DNA from: a virus
Taxonomy: Duplodnaviria > Caudoviricetes
Virus record (IMG/VR): IMGVR_UViG_3300036399_000656
Location: 1-62,091 of that record
Strand: one strand, 5' to 3'
DNA length: 62,091 nucleotides
Below are positions 55,822 through 62,091 of the stretch, piece after piece. The notes below the pieces were generated by a model. That model searched no databases. It saw only the letters and a list, made by a program, of their open reading frames with translations, and was not told the DNA's origin. The position numbers and the translations under genes were made by a program. Numbering within the stretch: the stretch's first letter is position 1; each line of letters starts with the position of its first letter.

Positions 55822-56538
55822 ATGGCACAAGGATTTACAAGGGGGCTACCCATAGATACGGACCCAACCATGTCGCTTGATAGCGAGATCGTTGTTCCGT
55901 CTCAGAGCGCCGTAAGGGATTACGTCGCAAATAATGCAATCAATACAATTAACGGACTGACCCCTGGTGTACAGACAATGGCCGTAGGTACGTCTGGGAC
56001 TGACTTTGCCATATCTTCGTCAGTGGCCACTCACACGTTCAACCTACCTACCGCAAGCGCGACGACAAACCGTGGAGCATTGAGTAGTGCAGATTGGTCA
56101 ACATTTAATGGAAAGGCGGAACAGGATACGTTTACAATCCGTATGGGTGTAGGTCCAGTGGCACCTGCGGATAATACAACATACTATTTAGGTGAAGGTA
56201 CATTAACCTTAAGCACAGTACCTACCTTGTGGGATAATAAGATGGCATTTGCTTGTAAGTTAGTGGGCGCACAGATTATGGCTAACAATACTACGGCAAC
56301 TGCAACGGCTGAAGCAAGTACACTATCTGTCAGAATCAATAATACTACTGATGTGCTGCTATTAAATACGGTTGTATTTACAGGTGCGCCACCTACATCC
56401 ACCTCATATACTGTAACAGGGCTAAGTCAAAGCATTGCTGCTAATGACGAAATAACTATTAAGTGGCAAACCCCAACGTGGGCAACCAATCCAACAAACG
56501 CACAGTTAGTAATATCATTATTTTTTGAAAGAACATGA
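55822..56538 (+). CDS. Fibre/spike-associated protein (238 aa)
   Basis: VPSQSAVRDYV, GALSSADWSTFNGK. Confidence 0.75.
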   Translation: MAQGFTRGLPIDTDPTMSLDSEIVVPSQSAVRDYVANNAINTINGLTPGVQTMAVGTSGTDFAISSSVATHTFNLPTASATTNRGALSSADWSTFNGKAEQDTFTIRMGVGPVAPADNTTYYLGEGTLTLSTVPTLWDNKMAFACKLVGAQIMANNTTATATAEASTLSVRINNTTDVLLLNTVVFTGAPPTSTSYTVTGLSQSIAANDEITIKWQTPTWATNPTNAQLVISLFFERT

Positions 56539-56738
56539 GAAAGGAATACGAATACAAACTACAGGGTGACGGCACAGATTCATGGACTGTAAGTGAGTTT
56601 GATGAAAATGATGTGTTGATTAGTAAGTATGTCGTGCTTGAAGACCCTACAGTTGAAGTAGGCACAGCACTAAAGGCCGTGTTGTCTGCAACGCCAGAAG
56701 AAATTGAACAAATAAGACAAATATTAAATATTAATTGA
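56535..56738 (+). CDS. Small protein, possible fibre chaperone
   Basis: ORF track; ATGA coupling. Confidence 0.6.
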   Translation: MRKEYEYKLQGDGTDSWTVSEFDENDVLISKYVVLEDPTVEVGTALKAVLSATPEEIEQIRQILNIN

Positions 56739-56740
56739 CA

Positions 56741-57139
56741 ATGAAAAAGATACTACGCAAACTACAACTCTTCGACGGGCTATGGACCATACCCATCGCA
56801 TTCTTCTTATTCTTGCTTGCAGGATCCTACAGCGCTGAGTATTTCGGCGACGGACTGATCTCAACTGAGTACATACAGCAGGTTTTTCTTGCTGCACTTA
56901 TCCTAGTTTTTGCTAACTTTGTGGTGTTCCTTGGTGGGTTCTTCAACTTCCGTGGTTTACAGAACTACTTCTACTCGAAGGCGGCCAAGGAGGAACTAGA
57001 ATACTCATCAAGCGCATGGCAAAGAATCGTATTATACATCTGTGTTTATTTTGGATTGCTCTTATCCTTCCTTCTTATACTTTGGTTGGTAATGACGGCA
57101 ACTGTGTCCGCGCCACCGCTGCTTCCTATGTGGGAGTAA
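56741..57139 (+). CDS. Three-TM holin candidate
   Basis: Three hydrophobic segments; immediately upstream of the endolysin. Confidence 0.7.
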   Translation: MKKILRKLQLFDGLWTIPIAFFLFLLAGSYSAEYFGDGLISTEYIQQVFLAALILVFANFVVFLGGFFNFRGLQNYFYSKAAKEELEYSSSAWQRIVLYICVYFGLLLSFLLILWLVMTATVSAPPLLPMWE

Positions 57140-57603
57140 AGGAGAAGGGGGGTAACAATAAGGGTTTTACCGATATCGACCTTCAAAAGAAGATGGCTGC
57201 TGTCGGTTGGAAGCCCGGCTACGCATGGTGTGCGTTCTTCGTTCGCGCAATCCTTGACGAGTGCGGTATTGAGAACAAGATATCGGGATGGTCTCCCACC
57301 GCTTACAATAAAGAGGATGTAATCTATACCAACGGTAGGTTCTATCAAAGATACAGGAATCGCGATGTCCTTGTGATGACCCTGTCTTACAATAAGTTTA
57401 AGAATACCAAAAGGTACAAGGCCATTGGCCACACGGGAATCGTGGACCGCATTAACGAACACTCTGTAAGGACGATAGAGGGCAACACCAATGAGCGCGG
57501 GGATCGCGATAGTCGTTCTCGTGACGGGGTGTATGTCAAGATCCGACCCCTATCTAAAAACATCCACATCACTCGTTGGAAAAAATTTCGATTGTTTAGA
57601 TAA
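57016..57603 (+). CDS. CHAP-domain endolysin with N-terminal signal/anchor
   Basis: GVKEKGGNN.G, AWCAFFV (Cys), GHTGIV (His), TIEGNT. Confidence 0.88.
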   Translation: MAKNRIIHLCLFWIALILPSYTLVGNDGNCVRATAASYVGVKEKGGNNKGFTDIDLQKKMAAVGWKPGYAWCAFFVRAILDECGIENKISGWSPTAYNKEDVIYTNGRFYQRYRNRDVLVMTLSYNKFKNTKRYKAIGHTGIVDRINEHSVRTIEGNTNERGDRDSRSRDGVYVKIRPLSKNIHITRWKKFRLFR

Positions 57604-57609
57604 ACAAAA

Positions 57610-57628
57610 ATGGGGTCAATGACCCCAT
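57610..57628. terminator. Hairpin between convergent operons
   Basis: ATGGGGTC-AAT-GACCCCAT with an A-tract on the left (U-tract for the minus strand). Confidence 0.65.
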
Positions 57629-57651
57629 AATTGTTATCCAAATCATAATCT

Positions 57652-58713
57652 TTACCACAAGAGGTTTCCTTGCTTTTCCAAGTGATACCAGCGTCCAGTT
57701 GCCTCGTTCTTTCCATTTGCAGGAAGGAACTCCATGCAGGCAAGAACCTGTGCGTCGTATGGTAGATCAGGATTGTACGTGATCGTGCGGGTTGTCGCGT
57801 TCCAAGAGTTGGTTGTTCCGGGAAGTACGTTGATTGTGGAGTCCGCCATGATGTTGATGGCCACGTTCAGTGTGCTTCCGTATGGATTCTCCGGAGTAAT
57901 GCTTGGCCCGTTGTGGAGTCGGTACTGCCAAACATACCCGCCGTATGTCTGATTAAACGAGTTAATCAGGGTCTTGTAGTTGAATGTCTGTGCGTCCTGT
58001 CCGTTGATGTAGAACACGCTCTTGATCTGTGTGTCGCTCAAGTACTCGATGTCCATAGCAATGTTATTGATATGGGTCTCAGGGTTTGTGGCAACTCGGT
58101 TGAATGTGAAGCGGGTCTTCTCAATGAACTCTTCCATAGATATACCAATCATCTGAAGGAACTCTGCACGACGGATGCGGCGCTTTGGAGTGATTGCGTG
58201 TTTAGATGTCCACGCCACAAATGGCTTACCATCTGCGCCCTTCTTCACAAGACGGGCCTTGTAGCCAACCCGCATCATCGGGTCTTTCATGTCGTCGATA
58301 ACACCCTTCCACACGGTCTCATACGGCTCGTAAAGGAAGTCGATTCCCCCTTCGCTTACCTTCATCTGGGTCCACACGTAGTACACGGGCTTACCGGCGT
58401 GGACGCCATCGGGACTTGTCACAAACTGACCGGGCTTGGTAAGTGTTGCCACGTTTTCCTCGTTGATGCCCTCGTACACGAATCCCATACTGTGGACTGC
58501 GTTGGCGATGTAGTTCAACGGGTACAGTCCGAACAGGTCTGTCTTCTCGTTGTCGTATCCAACGGTGTAATACACGCGGGTTGGTGACGATGAGATGTCT
58601 GTGGTTTCATAGATCCAAGCCTTGCGCTCTGTGCGGGTTTGGATTTGGCCGTCATACTGGGCAAGTTCTTCCGGAAGTTCAAGGACTTCCAATGCTTTTT
58701 GTACGTTTGACAT
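57652..58713 (-). CDS. Hypothetical protein (353 aa)
   Basis: ORF track; strong codon bias; A-rich leader. Confidence 0.8.
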   Translation of the reverse strand: MSNVQKALEVLELPEELAQYDGQIQTRTERKAWIYETTDISSSPTRVYYTVGYDNEKTDLFGLYPLNYIANAVHSMGFVYEGINEENVATLTKPGQFVTSPDGVHAGKPVYYVWTQMKVSEGGIDFLYEPYETVWKGVIDDMKDPMMRVGYKARLVKKGADGKPFVAWTSKHAITPKRRIRRAEFLQMIGISMEEFIEKTRFTFNRVATNPETHINNIAMDIEYLSDTQIKSVFYINGQDAQTFNYKTLINSFNQTYGGYVWQYRLHNGPSITPENPYGSTLNVAINIMADSTINVLPGTTNSWNATTRTITYNPDLPYDAQVLACMEFLPANGKNEATGRWYHLEKQGNLLW

Positions 58714-58842
58714 TTGATTATTTATTTATTTATTTGATTTGGGTGCGCTAATTTACGCTAATTTACTTAATAAAATAAAGCGGCAGCCACGTTTGGCCAC
58801 CGCCTTTCAACAATAAACAACTATAACAACAATAACTACACA

Positions 58843-59259
58843 CTAAAATACAAAAAAGTACAATGTGGTTGCGGAAGTAACAATGGTTGCACACTTCCAA
58901 AATATTTTTCTTCGTCTTTCCTTCTTCATCTCACCCTTCATAAAGACGTACTGCTCCTTTAGAAAGCGAATCTCAGCCAGTTGGTTCTGACGAATTTCCT
59001 CGCACAGTTCTCCGTTCTTGATGGCCAAGTCCAAGGCCACCTGAGCCGCCTCAATTTGATCCCTCATGAGTTGAATACGCTGCGAACGAGACTCGATCGT
59101 CATCTTGTCCTGACGAATGGTCTCAGCGGCAGCAGATATCACCTCCTGAGCTTCCCTAGGAATCTGTGGGGTATTATTTGGCTGGGCGCAAACGTCCGTT
59201 ACGATACTCATTAAGAAGATAATTCCAAGAGCTAACGTATAAAGTTTTGAGCGAGTCAT
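58843..59259 (-). CDS. Signal peptide, coiled coil and C-terminal TM protein (spanin-like)
   Basis: MTRSKLYTLALGIIFLMSIVTDVCAQ...KKERRRKIFWKCATIVTSATTLYFFVF. Confidence 0.6.
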   Translation of the reverse strand: MTRSKLYTLALGIIFLMSIVTDVCAQPNNTPQIPREAQEVISAAAETIRQDKMTIESRSQRIQLMRDQIEAAQVALDLAIKNGELCEEIRQNQLAEIRFLKEQYVFMKGEMKKERRRKIFWKCATIVTSATTLYFFVF

Positions 59260-59572
59260 CTGACATGTGGGGTATTCGTGAAACAATTTTTTGTGCTTTT
59301 TCTATTTGCTCCTGCTCCATCATAAAGTGCTGCTGGTCCTGCACCATGAAGGAATCAAGGGCCGCCTTGGTCGCGTTGACCACAAGCAGGTTGGAGTCCA
59401 TCTGTGCGATGTACTTCTCGTTGATTTCGTGTAGGCGTTCGATGGCCACGGCTTCATTCTCTGAACTGGTGTGAAGGATGCCCATCCTGAATACCATAAA
59501 GAATACTCCGAACAGGATCACGACACTCAGCGCAAGGATAATTAAGGTATAGATATTCTTAGTCTTGTCCAT
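59174..59572 (-). CDS. N-terminal TM plus coiled-coil protein (i-spanin-like)
   Basis: Single N-terminal TM; overlaps the next gene; promoter TAATTTTG 59584-59577. Confidence 0.6.
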   Translation of the reverse strand: MDKTKNIYTLIILALSVVILFGVFFMVFRMGILHTSSENEAVAIERLHEINEKYIAQMDSNLLVVNATKAALDSFMVQDQQHFMMEQEQIEKAQKIVSRIPHMSDDSLKTLYVSSWNYLLNEYRNGRLRPAK

Positions 59573-59618
59573 TATTCAAAATTAGCGTAACCTAGGTCTT
59601 CCCAAGTTGGTGGGTCTA

Positions 59619-60158
59619 TCATTTTTTTAGCTCTTTTACTTTGTCTTTGTAGTGGTATATTAACTCTTTTATCTTATCAAGCGGCAGGCTCAGGCGTTCA
59701 TTCCTCAGGGAGTGTAGTTCCTGTAGTGCGTTCTTGCCAATGCGCTTCTCGATCCTGATTCCATACTCGATCAAGTTACCATGGCGGTGCTGGTTGCATT
59801 CCACGCACTGTCCATGAACATTCGATTCGTTAAACCTCAGGTTAGGGTACGAGCCGACACTAAAGTAGTGGCCGGCGTCGTACTTCCCCTGTAGCTTCTT
59901 TCCGCAGGACACACACCCCTTCCCTTGGTCTCGAAGCCTGATGTATTGGTTAAACACCTGCTGGAGTTCTTTCCTCCACTGAGACACGGACTTGTTGCGT
60001 TCCTTGATCTCTTTCAGTTCCCGTTTAACCTTTCTGTCTTTTTGCTTGGAGGAATATGCAATCATGCATTCGATGTTCTCACACGTTGCCTGCATGGTGC
60101 TGTACTTTGGAATGAATTCCTTTCTACAGATTCTGCACTTTTTATTCCTCACCTTCAT
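59619..60158 (-). CDS. ninG: NinG/Rap-family recombination endonuclease
   Basis: CRIC..F.P...TC...C; FNQYIRLRD..CVSCG..DAGHY.S.G..P.LRF.E.NVHGQC..CN. Confidence 0.92.
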   Translation of the reverse strand: MKVRNKKCRICRKEFIPKYSTMQATCENIECMIAYSSKQKDRKVKRELKEIKERNKSVSQWRKELQQVFNQYIRLRDQGKGCVSCGKKLQGKYDAGHYFSVGSYPNLRFNESNVHGQCVECNQHRHGNLIEYGIRIEKRIGKNALQELHSLRNERLSLPLDKIKELIYHYKDKVKELKK

Positions 60159-60166
60159 GCGCTATC

Positions 60167-60442
60167 TTATTTATCGGCAGGCTTCCACTCTGCCTGTTCT
60201 TTAGCCAAGTTCGCCTTGACGGTCTCTTCAAGCATTGCTTTGAAGTATTCCGACTCGCCTGGTTCGTCAAAGTGTTGGTTGAATTGTTCATGGTCTGCTT
60301 GTACGGCAAAGGTAGTTGATCCATTCGTTGTACGCAAGACTATGAAGTTCCAAACTTTGTTTTCGATTCCGGGAAATGCCATTGTTACTGTTCCGGTAAA
60401 GTGTTCCACCCGCTTGGATGGCTTGTCAGAAATTTTAATCAT
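60167..60442 (-). CDS. Hypothetical protein (91 aa)
   Basis: ORF track. Confidence 0.7.
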   Translation of the reverse strand: MIKISDKPSKRVEHFTGTVTMAFPGIENKVWNFIVLRTTNGSTTFAVQADHEQFNQHFDEPGESEYFKAMLEETVKANLAKEQAEWKPADK

Positions 60443-60893
60443 GTTGCTTGAAGTGTTTGTTGAAAAAATATTTTGGTATATCTGAATGCTTTAGTTGAAC
60501 CCTTTCCGCGTCGCCTCCGGTCGCCTTGATGCGATCGGCCATTGGCCTAAGGGACTTGTTGGTAGTTCCCCACACCGATGGGTTGTAAACGATGGCCGCG
60601 TTGTCATACGTTCCATTAAGAAACGATGGCCGCGTTGATGGGTCTATCAGTCCGATGAAGGCGTATCGGCTGTCGTAGTTCTTGAGTACGTCTATCCCTC
60701 CGGCGCTGAATCCTATCAGGGCTGTGGTCTCGTAGTCAATGGTAGGGTCGATGACGGAAAGCGATGTGCCGTAGGGAGCGATGAGTATCTCGTACTCAGA
60801 CCACATCCAATCGGGAATCTGTTTCTCCATCCACTTGGGCGTGGCGTAGTGCATACCACCCCACACGATTATGGTGCATATTAATGGGTTCAT
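60435..60893 (-). CDS. Minimal alpha/beta-hydrolase-like protein
   Basis: LIGFSAGG nucleophile elbow, LIDP, C-terminal His. Confidence 0.6.
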   Translation of the reverse strand: MNPLICTIIVWGGMHYATPKWMEKQIPDWMWSEYEILIAPYGTSLSVIDPTIDYETTALIGFSAGGIDVLKNYDSRYAFIGLIDPSTRPSFLNGTYDNAAIVYNPSVWGTTNKSLRPMADRIKATGGDAERVQLKHSDIPKYFFNKHFKQHD

Positions 60894-61105
60894 AGCTTGA
60901 TGTTGTTTTGTTCAAGTAATCTGAAAAACTCTTGGTAAATCTCATCGCAGGTCTCCCACTTTTCAGCCGGCATCTCTTCGTACTTTACTCTACCCCTGAG
61001 GTAGTTCCTGATGTCGTTGAGTGCGAAGGCCATCTCGCGGGATTTGACTGCCATGTCCCAGTATTCCTGATCGTCAGGAAGGTTGAATTCAAGTATTGCT
61101 TTCAT
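60890..61105 (-). CDS. Conserved small phage protein (MKAILEFNLP)
   Basis: ORF track; promoter TATATTTG 61118-61111. Confidence 0.75.
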   Translation of the reverse strand: MKAILEFNLPDDQEYWDMAVKSREMAFALNDIRNYLRGRVKYEEMPAEKWETCDEIYQEFFRLLEQNNIKL

Positions 61106-61149
61106 GTTTACAAATATAACTCGTGTGTATTATTAATGCAATTATTTTT

Positions 61150-61289
61150 TTTGACTTCCGTGTTGCGGTCGCCATACATTTGTTGCGTTCTCACATTACA
61201 GTGTCTGGCTGGCAGTGTAATGTGGGAGATAAGAATTAAAATTCTTATTATGAATTGCCCTCGGTCCAGCCAGACGAGGGCTTTTTTTT
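61150..61289 (+). ncRNA. Promoter plus three-hairpin RNA ending in a terminator
   Basis: TTTG-N21-TACATTTG; hairpin-1 loop GTCTGGCTGG complementary to terminator CCAGCCAGAC; GCCCTCG/CGAGGGC-T8. Confidence 0.65.
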
Positions 61290-61488
61290 ACCCCAACCCC
61301 ACCACCCGAATCAGCCCTGTCGGTGCAAGAGGCAAACTTCATACGCGAGTATGTTGGATCGGGTAGCTGCCCCTTTGTGGGGCGGGGTAGTTTGTTTTTC
61401 ACGGGGGGAGGCTTTTTCTTTTCTTCTCTTTAGGTTTCTTCTTGACTTGTTTCTTTTCTCTGTCTTTTCTTTTGAGTGAGCCAAGGGT

Positions 61489-61923
61489 TTAACCTATCTG
61501 AAGTTGCTCATTTGGGTCAGGAATATAAATATCCAACGTTTCGGCAGCAAACTGCTTGACGTGTTCCATGTACTCTATAAATTCCTCCGTTGCAAGTTCC
61601 GATGTTTTGCGTGGTATCTTCATGACTTCACCGGTATTGGGGTCAGTCAATTCAGAATACAAAAAACGCCCCTTCAAAAACTCATGCGTGAGGTCACGGT
61701 CGATGTCATGGCCAAGTTCCCTGAGCCTGTCCGACACCATTGCCACCACCACGCCCCAGTAGTATGCGTTCTGCACGTCTGAGCGGAATCGTTTCTTCAG
61801 TTTAACTTCGATGGTCACAGCCAAGTCCTTGTCACGGGACATGGCTCTGACCTGTTCTTCGAAGAGGGGGCGGTCGTAGATTCGTAATGCCCCCTGTGGT
61901 GTTATTACTCCGTTGTGTTTCAT
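61489..61923 (-). CDS. NinB/YbcN-like protein
   Basis: RS..QNAYYWGVV...HEFLK..F...TS.L...EF.EY.E.....A...LDIYIPDPNE. Confidence 0.75.
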   Translation of the reverse strand: MKHNGVITPQGALRIYDRPLFEEQVRAMSRDKDLAVTIEVKLKKRFRSDVQNAYYWGVVVAMVSDRLRELGHDIDRDLTHEFLKGRFLYSELTDPNTGEVMKIPRKTSELATEEFIEYMEHVKQFAAETLDIYIPDPNEQLQIG

Positions 61924-62091
61924 TTTATCCTCCAAATTCTAAATCCATCGGGATACACACGTGACTTGAACTTCTTGCCTGAAGACTTGCCGTAGTATAC
62001 GGACGAGGACAGGACGGTCGATCGTTTGCTCGTCATGGTTTCTTTGTCACACTTGATAAAGAATGAGTCGCCCACTTCCATCTCATGGAAT
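61920..62091 (-). CDS. Small phage protein (partial), MEVGDSF...G.RIWR family
   Basis: FHEMEVGDSFFIKC...KKFKSRVYPDGFRIWRIK; TGA overlaps the ATG of the next gene. Confidence 0.7.
   Translation of the reverse strand, partial: FHEMEVGDSFFIKCDKETMTSKRSTVLSSSVYYGKSSGKKFKSRVYPDGFRIWRIK

Noticed and set aside
50842-56538. Diversity-generating retroelement targeting the fibres
   Set aside because: No reverse transcriptase and no template/variable repeat pair noticed
15393-57603. Stop-codon reassignment as in some crAss-like phages
   Set aside because: Long genes are intact under code 11, and TAA, TGA and TAG all end genes
61196-61479. ORFs 61196..61402 (-) and 61255..61479 (+)
   Set aside because: They cross strong hairpins and a terminator, have non-ATG starts and are low complexity

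Overview
This 62 kb window is most of the genome of a tailed dsDNA phage with podovirus-type morphogenesis genes. The host is very likely Bacteroidota: about 15 TAnnTTTG sigma-type promoters, A-rich translation starts without Shine-Dalgarno, and a BT4734/VirE-N primase. Layout: (i) leftward early operon (1-2256) with a ~460-nt structured leader and tRNA-like spacers; (ii) ~1.2 kb repeat-rich non-coding region, a possible genome end or pac site; (iii) eight Lys/Arg-rich small genes (3532-6214); (iv) leftward accessory and replication block with a metallophosphoesterase, DnaA-domain-IV protein, SSB-like protein, primase-helicase and an HTH initiator with internal iterons; (v) long rightward late operon in crAss-like order: GroES-like proteins, TerL, portal, scaffold, capsid, ring proteins, muzzle, ejection/polyvalent giants split by a ferritin, fibres, holin and CHAP endolysin; (vi) leftward block with a spanin-like pair, NinG and NinB. 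The most unusual signals are RNA-level. Five anticodon-less tRNA mimics in two families each sit just upstream of a start codon. Two unrelated three-hairpin leaders have a first loop complementary to their terminator loop. One sRNA is antisense to a start codon. A small basic gene is nested in the +1 frame of the 2650-aa giant. All calls come from reading motifs by eye; no database searches or folding programs were run.
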